Source: Nageia nagi
Lineage: Eukaryota; Plantae; Pinophyta
Direction of reading: 5' to 3'
Assembly: GCA_050084985.1 (NCBI GenBank)
Contig: JBITNC010000002.1
Span: 39,928,001-39,992,000, forward strand
Length of the DNA: 64,000 bases
The position numbers were made by a program, and so were the translations under genes. How positions within the stretch are numbered: the stretch's first letter is position 1; each line of letters starts with the position of its first letter. Under the pieces are notes generated by a model. The model was not told the DNA's origin. It was given only the letters and a program-made list of their open reading frames with translations, and did no database searches. This document shows positions 14,701-29,230 of the stretch, in pieces.

Positions 14701-17220
14701 TTAATGGTGGTTTATGGTGATTACAAATAGTCTCAATGGCTCTTTTTCTTCTTTTGAAACTCTCCCAAAAAGGCACACACAATGCCGATAAACAAAAATA
14801 GAATATAGTCTTCTTTTAAGTGTCTCACTTTTATGATCAAACAATAGACACTAACTTGAAATAAGACCTCTAAATACCTAGCTTGGCCTCAATTTTATCA
14901 ATCCAACCTTCCCCTCTTTCTACATGCTATTATTTTCCTTTTTATATTTTATAGAGGTCTTATATGAGAAACAATTCTAATACATATCTCTCCCCCAATA
15001 TTTTTAGACAAATTATCATAATAGTTCCCTTCAAACCCATGAGTGGCTATTGTTGGCAATGGCCATTGAAGATTACCATCCCATATTTTGGGGAGGTAAG
15101 TGCAAGAATATGAGTCCCACTTTAGAGGAATTCTTATGAATTACTATGTTTTTGTATTTTTTTAATAACTTTTTATTTTTTTGGAATTATGAAAAAACAT
15201 GTGCACAATCTGCATCTAATTCTTCACAAGTTGAATAAAAAATAAATTAAAAATGATAAGTTTTATTCAAATTATGATTTTCGAACATAAGCATTTTTTG
15301 AAACGATAATCATGGCCAATAAAAAATTGATAAAAAATAAAATATTCATGAAAAAAATACAAAATAATATCCTCCATAATCTTTATTTTCTTAGGTATCT
15401 TTAACCAAAAGTATTTAAAAAACTATTTTAATTTAGGTCTAATTATGCTTAACAAACATGATGGGTATGGTCCTAAAATTGTATTTTTTAAATAGTGGGT
15501 TTTGTATTTATTTAATAACTTTTTTATTTTTTAGCATTTAAAAAAAAATAGTATATATGCACAATATGCATACAATTCTTCATAAGATAAAAAATAAAAA
15601 TTAAAAATGATACGTTTAGGTCAAATTATGTTTGCCAAAAATGAGCAATTTTTGAAATGATAATCATTGTCGATAAAAAAAATGTTCATGAAAAAATTAC
15701 AAAAAAAAATATCCTCCATAATATTTAGTGTTTTAGGTATCTTTACCCAAATGGATTTTAAAATATATTTTAATTTAGGTCTAATTATGCTTGTCGAACA
15801 AAATGGGGGTATGGTCTTGAAATTGTATTTTTTAAATAGTGGATTTTAAACATGCCTACCAAATATTAATTTCTATCATCTAGATATTAGAATAAATTAC
15901 ATATTTAAAAACTAGACTTTGAGAAATACATTTTTCCCTAGGTGACCTTTTTAAAGAATTAGACTCTAAGTGCTTCAAATTTTGAGATCAAGTATGAGAA
16001 AACCTAAAACTTAGAGAAAACACTTCCACTTTTTGGCCAAAAGTGGGACGCATCTTCTTACACTTACCCTTATTTGAATCTACAACTTCTAATCATACAC
16101 CTCTTTATAATACATCAATGCCTCCCCCTTATACCTATAAATGTGTATCCATACAAACTGGATGGTTTTCCAACATACTCTTTCCTCTTTCATAGACATA
16201 TATTCTTATTAGGGTTTTGTGATCCTCTACATATTCGTTGTTCTCCATATGGAATGGTTTCCACATAGATATGCTTTAAATTAGCATAGACATTCAAATT
16301 CACATGATGTTAATGGATCCATCATATCACCAATCTTCACAGTGATTTATAAACTCCACATGCATTAATAATCTCCATCCATATCGATTTCTAAGTTTGG
16401 CATGAGTTTTGCCTTAGCCTTCAGATCTAACTGAAAAGTTCTCCATAAATCTCTCAAATTTGATAAGGTTTCTCCTTAAATTGATATTTTCATATTCATA
16501 TGCCTCAATGATTGCTAATTTTGGTGTTGAATCAATGAACTCCTTTGTTCTATTTTCTCACAACCTTTACTTTGATGGGTCCATTATAGTCTTCCAATAA
16601 CTTACTCATTATCAGTACGAATGTAGAGTCTCTATGCCCAACAAGTGGATATCTCAAGATGACTAAACAATTTTCTTCACTTCATCGATCAAACTTCTTC
16701 TTAATAACTATCATTCTCCATATGTGGTTCTTAGTACCTACGTGGTCTCATGGTGATAGTAATGGCCTCATTTTTGTGAATGATGCCTCCCATGTTCCAA
16801 TGAATCCATAAAATGTATGCAGTATCCATTTCTCCATACATGTAGGAGGGTGAGTTAAGTGGCAATGATCAATGATCTCCTCAATCATGTTAGCTAATAT
16901 CTATTGTATCTTAAATTGTGGTGGGGTTTTGGCATCTATCACCTTCTATTAGCAAGTTTCAAACTCCATTTAATTGACTACTTACAATATTTTTAATAGG
17001 TGATGTACCAAATGGGCAATTACCCTTCAACTCTATTTCCTTCTCTATATGATTTAGGTTTACTAACATACAGGCAATAGACTTACACTCCACGTAGTCA
17101 TCATCCATCCAACCAATGCATCCATTTTGCTCAACAATAGTCTTTAGTAAGTAGTCACTTCATAGTTCCACACTTAAAGATATTAACACAAAAGTGATAC
17201 TCCACACATGCCATGTCATA
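11713..17220 (-). mobile_element. Non-autonomous Ty3/gypsy derivative in tandem (LTR-internal-LTR-internal), nested in the copia 5' LTR
   Basis: LTR copies at 11713-12154 and 14523-14984, PBS (gctctaatacca, 14507-14518), and a PPT beside both LTRs (12155, 14985). Internal 12155-13150 is repeated at 14985-15093 plus 16070-17020. Remnants of a gag zinc knuckle, protease (KVQVKNTRV..LID) and chromodomain-like IEEIIDH. Confidence 0.8.
15094..16069. mobile_element. MITE / non-autonomous DNA transposon with about 31-bp TIRs (PIF/Harbinger-like, tentative)
   Basis: Left aggtaagtgcaagaatatgagtcccactttt versus reverse complement of the right end gggtaagtgtaagaagatgcgtcccactttt. Absent from the paralogous site at about 12270-12285. 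Right flank is TTA. Internal tandem duplication of about 350 bp. Confidence 0.85.
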
Positions 17221-20200
17221 CATATTCATTCTCACTTTTTCCATTCATTGTTCCTCCACATTATTTCCCATTGTTAACTAGTGATTTTGATATAAATTTA
17301 TATTATTGTTTTATACATTGATAATATAATGCATTCATTTTTTCTATAACTTTATTTTTATTATTTCATGAGTGTTTAGTAACTATGAATGTCTCTAGCT
17401 ACTCGTGTAGGCATATTGAAGATGGTTTGAGATATTTCCTACCATTATGTATGTGTTTTAGCTCTTGGATATTATTTAGATTCTCATTATATGCTTTCAT
17501 TCATGATATATAATGGTTTGTATTCTTATTTCCCTATTTTAGGTATTAAACAAGTTTGAAAAATAAAGTATTTTATTTATCTCTTCAATCCTATGACTTT
17601 CCTTATCAAAATTGCCACAAAAATTATCTCCCTCTTACACATGTTAAATCTATCTTATCTCTCCCTTATAAGCATTTTCATACCTTAAACTTCAAGATTG
17701 GGCATGTTTTAAGCTTCTTAAGAGCTTTCCTTTCTTCTTGAACATATTTTAGTGCTTTTTCATATCATTTTGTGCTTTCTTATTACATTTCATACTTTAT
17801 TGTGACATGTCAAGAATATATAGCCCTTAAGGTGATGTAAACTCTCTTATCACATAACACTTAGCACTTTTCTTATCTTTTCATATCTTCATAAGCTTTT
17901 TATACATTCACAAACCATGTTCAAGCTTATGTTGATGTCACCACTCTCACCACTAAGGATTTAGTGCCTCTCATACATTGTCAAACTTTATTTGATCTTT
18001 AGCTAATGTTATCACCTATTATTACATGATACTTAGTGCCTATCATACCTTATCTATTCTCCTAAGGCCTTTTGTCATCTCCACCAATGCCTAAAATCAT
18101 GTGTACTTCATTCATTATATGAGTCTTTAGTGACTTTTCTAAAATCATTCAACTCCATCACCTGGCATAGCATTATTTAATCTCTTCATGATATTCCATC
18201 CTACACTTGCTAACATCATCATATAGAAAGTATGATATTATATCTTATTCCCCTATGTTGCATTATGATAACACTTTGATTGATACCATCACTTGAAAAG
18301 TATAATAGTGCACTTTTTCATTCCAACACTACATCATTATAATATTTTTAGTGATGTCATCCTTACAAAATTTTGATATTGCTCCCTTTTCTTCATGGTA
18401 TCATATCTTGATAATTTACTTACTAAAGTCAATATCTCAAAAGTGTGATATTACAACTTTTACTATATTATGCATCAAGGAAAATTTTTTGTTGACATCA
18501 TCAACCTCAAATTGGAAAATCCTATTTTTACAATATTCCTAACTATGGCAACTCAATTTTTGATCATGATAAAGATACTCTTTCATGTAGCTAATCTATT
18601 TTGATCATAGCTAGACTATATTTGACCATAATTCAAATTTGACAATGACAACTCTTTTGTTGATCGTGATAACTCAAATTCTTTAATTGGTATCAAAGTA
18701 TTATGATCTATTAGGTTAAAATGGATCTAAAGAATAGAAATTCCTTATAGTTATAGATCCTTATGTTCAATAGTGAATACTTCAAGTATTGAAGATTCAG
18801 AATGAGAACATTTCTTATCTCTCAATACTTGTGGACTCTCATTTTTTATGTTTATGTAGAAGTAGAGTTAATGACCTTTTCACTACTCAATGCCAATCCC
18901 TATTTACATTATAGACTAGGATAGATATTTCAATCTTCCCTAAGATTGAAAAATGCAAAGTTGCAAAGATTTCATAAGATACACATGAGAGTACCTATAA
19001 AGGCTCTTCCAAGGTTAGAGTGGCCAAGATGTAGATGATATGGAGAGATTTTTAATCTCTTAAAATATATGATGAACAATCCATCAAGGTATTCATGAAT
19101 AGAGTTCAAAATATGATCAATGGAATTCATTTACATGGTGAGAAACTTGATTATACTTGGATCATATATAAGATTCTTATAATCCTTACTCAAAAGTTTG
19201 ATCCTATCACCATTACCATTGAGGATTTTAAGTACTTAATTCATCTCTTTCTAGTTGAGTTTCTTGTAAGCTTGAAGAACTATGAACATAGGATTAGATA
19301 TTGGTATGAGGCTCTTGATCAAGCAATCTAAGGGAAAATCTAAATGAATGACCAAACTTATACTTAATCTAGTTTAAATTCTACTTCAATAGGTCACAAA
19401 AGAGTTCATGGTGGTATAGGTCATGGAAGAAGTGGTCATGTTAGAGGAAGAGGCTAGTTAGTTAGCAAATGCTAGAGCATATCCCCTTGATATTATGAAT
19501 TCTATAGAAAAGATGATCACATAGAACAACAATGTTTCAAGAAGAGGAAACAAAAAAAGCTAACTTTAGCAAAGATTTTAGTAATATCAAAGTGTTTATC
19601 ACTCACAACAACTTTGAAGTTGTTGATGATTAGATTTGGTACATGGAAAATAGTTTTTCTAATCACATGATTGGTAATAAAAACTACTTTATACATCTTG
19701 AAGAGAATATCTTCAGATAAGTCAAATTTGGTGATAGAAATCAGATTAGCATTACTGATCGAGTTTTTATTTCTTTTAAAGAAAAAACTCGTAAGATCAT
19801 GCATATGTATGATATCTTATATGTTTCAGGGTTGAACCAAAATCTCTTACACATTAGTCATATATGTTTGAAGAACTACTTTTTAGTCTTCATGAAGAGG
19901 AGTTGCATAATTACAAACAAGATAAATTGCCAAGTACTCACCACTATTCTCATGTCCAATAATAGAATGTACATACTCAGAATAACATTGATAGCTATTA
20001 AATTCCTAAAGTACACCCTTGATCTAGCTTGGTTTTGGCATAATAAGTTTGACACCTCAATTTCAACACATTGTGGTGACTATACAATCTTATAATAGGT
20101 ATGTCTAACTTCTCTAATCCCTTTAATACCATGTGTGAAAGCTACCTATTTAGGAAATAGCACATATACTGCTTACCAATACCATGCCAAGGAGCCTTTA

Positions 20201-22636
20201 TAGTTGGTGCACATCAACTTATGTAAACCTATGTAGAATATCAACATGGCCAAGGGTAGGTATATACTCATTTTTACTAATAATCATTCTTAGATGAATT
20301 GGTTATATTTTTTTCAAGCCAAATTATATGCATTTGATTGATATATCAAATTCAAATAATTGGTAGAGAAGCATTCTGACTATAGCCTCAAGAAGTTATA
20401 CATCATCCAAGATGTGATCCTTAATGAAGGGGTGCATATTCAAAGGACTCAGATGCATCCAACATCATTCTAAAGTTTGAATACTCTAGTTCTACTAAGC
20501 TATATAAGCCAATGTAGCCTTTCCACCCTCATCCACCTACTCCTCCATTGGATCCAACTCCTTCCAAGAAGAAACTTTCATGGGATCATCCACAATATCA
20601 AATATTGGATAAAGATTTTACCAAAAGATTTATCTAAAAATAATAAAGCGGGTGATCATATCACCAACTATGCCTTGATGTCCTTTTCTCTCATTAGAAC
20701 TTCCAACTTTAAAAAAATAATAACCAATGAAGATTGAAAATTGACCATGGAAGATGAAATAGATCAAATCTAGAAGAATGAATCTTAGGATCTTATCCCT
20801 CCTCAATAGAATAAGAACATCATTTGATTCAAGTGTATATACAAGATAAAGCATGATGCAAATGGAAATACATCCAAGCATAAATCCCACCAAGTTGCTA
20901 AAGGTTATATGAAGAAAAAAGACCTAGACTATGAGGGAAATTTTACTCTAGTTGCTAGATTGGAGATAGTTACATATCTCTTTGAACTAGCATCTCATTT
21001 TGGTCTCACTATTTACCAAATGGATATTAAATCAACCTTATTGAATGGAGAATAAGAAGTGTATGTGAATCAACCCCAAGTATTCACCATTGTCAAACAT
21101 GAAGAAAAATTGTATAAGCAAAAGTAAGCTCTTTATGGTTTCAAGTAAGCACTGTGAGCATGGTATGCCTAATTAACAATTACTTCCATCAAAATAATTA
21201 TTAGCGGTATTCAATGGAGGCTACATTATACACAAATATATCTAGATTTAATTATATAATCATTTGTTTGTATTTTGATGATATTATATTCATGAGTGTC
21301 TTCTCTTCCATGCTACATCAATTTAAGACTATCATGGTAAATGAGTTTGATATGAGTGATTTGGATAAAATGAAATATTTCCTTGCTATGCAAGTCCAAT
21401 AATAATCCAATGGCATATTCATCACTCAAACCAAGTATGTTGATAATATACTTGAATATTTTCCATGAAGGACTGCAAACTAGTTGATATACCAACTTTT
21501 TCTGGTTGTAAATTGATGGAGGATTAGATTCATGTTGTGAATGCAACCTTGTATAGGTATCTTGTTGATAGTTTGATCTATCTCACAACTACCCAGCCTA
21601 ACATTATGTTTGCAATCAATATAATAACTAGATTCATGCATTCCCCACATGAATCCTATTGGAAATAAGCTAAATGAATTCTTTAGTATATGTCTAGCAT
21701 AAAAGCTTTTAGTTTATTTTATAAGTCTAATTTGAGAATCTTGAATCATACATAGATGTTTATTGTGTTGGAAACTAAGATTATCATAAAAGCACCTACA
21801 TGAATATCTTCTTCTTTGGTAAACACTTGTATCATGGAGTAGCAAGAATCAATAGATAATTTCTCTTTCCATTATTGTAGTAGAATATATGGTTTCTCCT
21901 CTTCTTGCGCTCAAGCTATTTGGATGGCTACTCTATTTGAGGACTTGGGTATGGACCTTGGCTTAGTTATTTCCATTTACTATGAAAATATCATTTTCAT
22001 GATAAAGAATCTAATATTTCATAGTTGAAGAAATCATACTGATATTCACCATAATGTTTTGAGAGACTTAGTGAAAGATAGATTCATTGAATCCAATATT
22101 TTTCCATATGAAGACTAGCTTATAGACATCTTCACCAAAGCACTATCGAAGGATCAATTCCTTAATCTCCAAATCGTATTGGAATTCAACCCATTCATAT
22201 AAAGGGGAAGAATGAAGGAATTTAATATTCCATATTTTGAATTCCATTTTGTATGCACCTCACATATGTGCACATTCCTTATAATAATTACTATGAAATA
22301 GAATGTTCTTCACCTATAAATATTTATCTCCTTTGCAATCATGTAGTTGAGCTATTAATACTCACAATATGATAAGATCTTTCTTGGATGCATAGATATG
22401 TACTAGTGATAAATTTAATACTTGAGCTATTAATGCTCACAAAGATATTTCTTTTTAATAAATTTAATTTATGTTTCTCCTGATTCTCTTAGTGTACTGG
22501 TGATCTATCATATCTCTTATATTCTCAAACATTCCATTTTTCTATAAATAGGGACATCATTTCCCATTGTAGCCAATACTTCTAATGTAAGTTATGCTAA
22601 TATTTTATGCATTGATAATATAAAGCATTTATTTTT

Positions 22637-23485
22637 AGAAAATTTACTAAAATAGCCATGATAATTAAGATATTTACTAAAATAACTTTCTCAATTTCAT
22701 ATTTACAAAAATGACCCTCTTAAGTTGACCACAACTGCAACACATCCATTCCACCACCATCATTGGGATACCTTCTTGAAGGAGCCGTTGAAGCTTGAGA
22801 TTTACAAGGAGCATTCCAAATTCTAAAATAGATGATCTCTTCATCCAAAACTTGGTGATATTAGATTTCATTATGGATCTTCAAACTAGATGATGATTGC
22901 AACATAAAAACTTCTTTAATAATATGTTTTTCTCTTCTATAAAATGGGACATGAGTACATAACTTTTATTTAAGGGCTCTAGCCATTTTTTGATTCATTA
23001 TTTGCACTCTCATATCTTATAGGCTTAAGAGTGTTAGTAGATAATTCATTTGTAGGCATGAACTTAAAAATGTTCCCCCTAAAACAAGGTTCAGGTTTAG
23101 AAATGACTTCTTACAACATGGAGCTAATTACCTAATGACTCTTTGGGAATAATAGGAAAAGGTGTATATTGATAGAAAAAGCCATGGGGGGTTGTATTGG
23201 TGAGATATAATGGTGAAAAACTAAATTATTTGAAATAAATACCTTGTTGGAAGTCTAGGGACCCTTAGTATGCTACCTCAAACCTAGCAGATGAAGCCAC
23301 CAAACAGATGATCCCCATGGAAGGCAAGTTTCATTAGCCTATTGAGAAGCCTATTCCTATGGTGATGGTGGAATGGATGTTCTCATGGCCATGATCAAAT
23401 TAAAAGGATAATTTTTTATAAATATGAAATTGTGAGTCATTTTAGTACATATGTTAATTGTTAGGGTTATTTTAGTAATTTTCCT
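22637..23485. mobile_element. Mutator-like MITE with about 130-bp TIRs and a 9-bp TSD
   Basis: agaaaatttactaaaatagcc...catccattccaccaccat versus atggtgatggtggaatggatg...ggttattttagtaattttcct. TSD TTTATTTTT at 22628-22636 and 23486-23494. Empty site in the 5' LTR at about 17335-17345. Confidence 0.9.
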
Positions 23486-24754
23486 TTTATTTTTTTCTTT
23501 ACAATTTTATTTTTATTCTTTCATAAGTGTTTAGCAACTATGAATGAATTTAGCTACTCATGCAAGTATATTGAAGCCTGTTTAAGGTATTTTTATACCA
23601 TTAATATTCATGTTTTAGCTCTTAGGTATCAGTCATATTCTCTTTATGTGATTTCATTCATGAGATATTATCATTTGTATTCTTGTTACATTGTTTTGCA
23701 TCTCAGATAAGTCTAAACACTAAAGTCTTTGACTTATCTCTTCAATACCATGATTTTCCTTATCAAAATCATCACAAACCTATTATCCCTCCTTGCACAT
23801 GTTGAATCTATCTTATTGTTCCCTTTTAAATATTATTTTTAATATCCCCATTTTTATGATGTTTTATCCATTACACCATTGATAAATAGGAACATTAGAT
23901 TAGGAGTACTTTTGCTTATTTTAGTAATTATTTGGACAATTACTTGTAAGTTAGTACTCCAATTATGGAATGTTTGGCCCTTAGCATATTATGTATAGTT
24001 AAGTGTCCAAATGCTAATAATATTGTATTAATTATTTGAAGGCCATTATGATTGTAAATGCAATATTAGTCTCCAATAATGAGGCATTGCATATTAAGCC
24101 TTAATGATTGTAATATTGGTATTATATGGTCCTCTTGTTCTTAATGCTCCTCTCTTCAACATAGAGCATCTATCTAGGTTATTACACCAATCATGAGGCA
24201 CTATGGAGACTCACATGCTTGGACATGGTACATTTGGTATCCCAAGATATATAATAGCTTTTACACTTAGATGTTGGTCTTGTGAGGACATCAAGATCCC
24301 ATGGTAAGCTTATGGGTATCCCAAGACCCCACATCTCATCCTTGGAGGTTTCTAGTAAGTGGCATTGACACTGAGGTATATGTAAGTCTTCCCTTATCCA
24401 ATGTTAGCATTCTTGGCCTTTGGATGTGATTACTCTAATGCCAATGCATCCTATCTTAGACATTGGCATTGTGAGCACATGAACCACTCTTGTACATTGT
24501 TGTATCAACTCAACTGGAGATTAGAAGATGAACCACCTCCCCTTTAAAAGGATTACTCCTAAAACACATTATATATGTTAAATTGATTATTAAAATGCTC
24601 TTCTATTATGTGAGAACTCTAGCTTTTCTACTTTTGGATTCTAATCTGCATTTGAGGTTTTGAGATGATTGAAGGCTACCATCTTGCTTACTCTAGTCAT
24701 TCAAGAGAGTAAATTTGATTATTCCATCATTAGAGAGGTAAGGAATCTGTACAC

Positions 24755-25471
24755 CCAAATATCTATAATTGATGAATAAATACATAAATAAATAAATAAA
24801 TGGTTTACGAATACAATGATATGCTCTATATCAGATACACAATGAATATACATGAAACATATAAACCTAATACAAAGTGGGGAAGTAGATAATTTATGTA
24901 CAATCCTCAAAGCATAACAACAATGAATCTTCAGAGGATTGCGATCTAACTTCAAATGAGCTTGCAATGAATATTATCTATAATGATACCATGAGTCATT
25001 CTTTGAAATTTGGACCTCCATATCTAAAAGATGCACATGTTTGGTTGCATGGTAAAGGTACACCATTGGTTGCATGGAACTTGATGTTTTATGTAGTGTG
25101 TAAAGTAGAGATAACAGATCTCATAGAGTATAACAAATTTCTCAAGATAGGTGGCATCAAGAGACACTATAAGTTTGATGTTTGGGACAACAACCTATTA
25201 AAGAGATCTGATATGGATGTCAACCTTCACCTTCCATATTTATAACCTTAAAGGAGACAAAAAGGAGTGAAATTTGACACATAGCAACAATAATAATATT
25301 TCCTATATTCAAAATAATTTAAAATATAAACCATGGTGAATAATATTACATTGGCCCTAGCACATGGTATTGCATTGTAATGGCAATTTATCTTGATTTA
25401 TGTATTATTTCCAATTAATCATTTAATAAGTCTAAAAATGATTTATTAAATAAATAATAAATCATTTTTAG
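24755..25471 (-). repeat. Copy 1 of a direct repeat of about 720 bp (copy 2 at 29792-30512); possible MuDRA transposase 3' exon (SWIM-like)
   Basis: Aligns end to end with 29792-30512. The minus strand reads GCCPKHQTYSVS*CH after a splice-acceptor-like site. The transposase call is weak. Confidence 0.7.
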
Positions 25472-27699
25472 CCATCTACATTTTGCCCTCTTTGGATATG
25501 TAATGAAAAGCATTGAAATTGCATAATCCAAAGAAGTCTAGATAAGAGAAAAAGATTTTCAATAGTAAAGTGGACTTCCCTATTTTGATGGATCTACTGA
25601 GTATGATATGTTATTTTCCCCCTTTTGATCTTGGTTTCCTCTAGCTCATGTTGCATCAAGTAAGAAAGCCAAAAATAGGAGTCCCTATATGAGATGAGCA
25701 ATCTATGCCAATCCCACTCACCTAGATAATACCTACAAAACAAAATAACATATAGTCACATAGATTACATCCATGAAAGAATAAATAATGTAAATATCAA
25801 GGATGAAATAAATATAATATGCAATGGCAATATGGATGATATGACCCATAATATTATAAACCATGATATGCATAGAATACTATGATAGACAACTCATAAT
25901 CTATGAAGAGCAAGTGCAAGAGGTCCTCTTTAATGTCCCAGGCTTGTAATATCCATGATGTATAAACTATTGTGATAGAAAAATCATAGTCTATAGGTGC
26001 TAAGATAATGAAAACTTTTAATGACTCAAGCTTGAAATAATATTGTAATTGATAAAAGATGTTACTCATGGAGTGAACATGGTTTTAAAAGCATTTGTTA
26101 AGGAAAAATAACATTTAACTTCCTTAAATATGCCATATATTCAAATATGCAATAGCCTAAAACTTCAATTTGCATAAATTTTCAAAGTGAATACATGTTG
26201 TTGACAGTGTGACATGCCTCAAATTTGATGATCATGTCTTTAATAATTTGATCCTTATCTATAGAAAATTACATATGCATGAAAGAATCATAAAACTGAG
26301 CAGATATTCAATAAAATTTCAATATACCCCAATTACAAATAATTTATAGTCATTACATGTCATTGGCGATGTCAGTTTTTTCATATGAAGCACAAAAATT
26401 TAAAAGATATTCAATTGACAATCATCCATATCATTTTGCATCATTTGAGATTGAAAAAAATAATACAATTTGTCATAACATTTTCAAGATTCAGCACATA
26501 TTAGCAACTTTTGACTATGTAATCAATTTATCCATAAAATGCTTGTAAAATCATAAACTTCATCATTTTGAACTTATAATACTACAAAATCTTAGCCATA
26601 ATTTGAAAGCATGCTTAGTTATATCTTTTCCACACCGTTGATGGTGCTTAATCGGATGATTTCCTTTAGGAAAAATAGCGCATCCAATTAGCAATGAAAC
26701 ATGAATTTTCAAGTATGTAGAAATCATAAATCATGCCCAATTTCAAAGATGAAAAAATGGTATACAATTTAAATCAAAATTATCATTAACAATAAAAATT
26801 TAACATTTGCAATGATCCACTACTCAAGATGATCATTTAATAAAATCTATGATAATGAAAATTAAAGTAACACATTTGAAATTTGTAATAATTTCACTAC
26901 ATTCACATCATTGGTAGTGTCTATTTGATATAGATAATTTTAAATAATATAAATAAATAATTAAACATAAAATATTCATTATAAAGGAGGAAAAGGTATG
27001 AATTTACCATTTTGGAATGATAGGTACTAGATTAAAGACCAATTCAATGAACAACACATTATTGGTAGTGTGAATGAACAAAATTGATTTTTAAAAAAGA
27101 AACCATAGCACTATAAAATAATTTCAAGCACATTCCATATCCAAAATAGTAAATTTACTCCTTATTAAGCTAGCCATTAGTATGCCCTAGGGTTTCAAAG
27201 GAAAAAGGGAAATATAAAAGCAATGGGTTGACTTTTGTTTCATTTTCTTTTGGTCCTATTGCTTTCTTGGTCTACTCCCTATGCTCCAGCAAATTCAAAT
27301 GAGTTTGACTCATGTTGTTTTTTATTTATACTTTGATGCCCCAACCATAGTGTTGTGAGTAGTTTCAAACCATAGGAGATGCTTTAATTATCCTTTGGTG
27401 ATTCTCTCAACTATTCTTCTATCTCCACATGGCAAATGTTGATTGAAGGGTCATGGAGTGTCCCATCATTGTATGAAGGGATCATATAGCAGAGTACATT
27501 CACACTCTTCCATTTGACCACATGGTATTCATCATGATTTTATCATGTACTTGTCATTTTTCATTGAAAGTGCAACCTATTTCTTGTATGTTAGTTTGTT
27601 TAATTTTTCAATTTGTTGAAAGTTAATTTTTTAACTTTTTATTTTAATCCATTCATCTTACTCCTTGCAAAAGTGCAAGGTTCTTATCAAGGGTGGACC

Positions 27700-29230
27700 T
27701 ATTTCCATAACTGCCTTAGAGAAGGCACAAACTTAGCCAAGAACAAATCATATAGATGACATCCTTTTACAATGCATGCTAGCATATTTGGTCATCACTA
27801 GGCATATCTAGCAGGATCTACCACTATTGATAGTGCTATTAGAGAATTGGGACCCAAATTTACCCCTAGGTGAAATGATCATCACATTACTAGATGTTTA
27901 CTACATATGGGGATTCCCATTTGAGTGAGATTGGTGCATCAAATGGAGGTGTCTAATAATAACACCCAGGAGTAGTTTGCTTTATGATTGACCAGGGAAG
28001 CTAATCACAATTGGGAGTATCATGTAATGAGGCTATCAAAGGTATGTTGGTTTGCATAATTGGGTCGATAACTCAAATTGTACATCATTGCTATTATCTT
28101 GACATACATATTTCCATATAAGAGTAGTTTATTATTTCCACTTGGACTAGAGTAGTTTATTATTTCCACTTGGACTAGTTTGGGTGGTTCGAGAGATGTG
28201 TATGAGAGGTACAAGTTTTCATGGGGTCTAATGGTTTTGTCATAGCTCTATCTAAATCTATACAAATTTATTATCATTGATAAGTTCAATGTGATGGTAC
28301 CACACACAAGTCTTCTCTAGGTTTGGGCCTACGAGAAGATCACAATCATGAAATCAATTAGCTTGAAGAGGGGTCAGAAAGACCCAATAGATATTACAAT
28401 GATGTGTTGGGTTTAGAGGGCATATGGGTATAGGAACCCACACTCCTTAGAGGTGAGGAGGAGAGAGATAGATGGATTGCATGCAGAGGAACTGGTATGG
28501 GTCTCCTATGTTGACTTTGTATGGGATGATGATGTACATAAATTGGCATGGGTTCATCAAGATTGTTTCCTCCAAACCAAGAAGAAGGTGGTGGAGCTAT
28601 ACTATCCCCACTAGGTGTTGAGATAGTTTAGGATTCAATAAGGGATCCCATTAGTTCCAATATGCTATTATCAGTACATGGTAGAGAGAGACACACTTAT
28701 GAGATCATAAGTTATCTTGGATTGGAGGCATGATATTCCCATGTAGGAGGGAGGAACAGCACCAGGATTGGCTACATTAGCTAAAGCTATGATACTAGGT
28801 AAAAAGACTAACCACATACATAATTTTATAATTTATTATATGATTATATTACTAACAATGCACATATTATTTGTAGGAGATACAGAGACACAGATGGTAG
28901 CTCTAGAGGTGGATAACTAGAGGTTCAAGCCTCTAAAGGAATAGGTGGTCGCCCTATAGGCCACACTTGTAGATTAGGATCCACAAATTGCTACACTAGA
29001 GCAATCTATAAAGAGGTTGCAAGAGAGGGTGGATATGCCTCCACCTAATGAGCAATGGGCTTTCATACAAAGCCTTATGGACTAGATTGAGTAGAAGGAG
29101 GGTGAGGTAGCCACCCTTCAAGGGAAATATGAGAGAGTCAAGGTTCTCATGTTAGCTCAAGGTATTAGCACTACTGTTGTTTCTAGTGGAGTACCATTAT
29201 CAGGAGCCAATAGTAGCTACTATTGAGTTA
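27700..29230 (+). pseudogene. Plant mobile domain (PMD, MAIN-like) pseudogene of a Mutator-like element
   Basis: DLPLLIVLLENWDPNLPLGEMIITLLDVYYIWGFP (about 27815-27920), FSWGLMVLS*LY, LL*VWAYE and VELYYPH*VLR*F match PMD motifs. Intron-like gt...tttgtag at 28799-28876. Stops and frameshifts throughout. Confidence 0.85.

Larger units (their letters stand above)
11599..23826 (+). mobile_element. Ty1/copia element with both LTRs, each interrupted by later insertions
   Basis: 5' LTR start tgaagtaatttaatgttccata (11599) matches 3' LTR start tgaaggaatttaatattccata (22213). 17225-17670 matches 22520-22636 plus 23486-23826. PBS tggtatcaaag at 18688, gag/INT/RT/RH remnants at 18720-22190 (IDIFTKAL), PPT aaaggggaagaa at 22201-22212. 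Confidence 0.9.
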
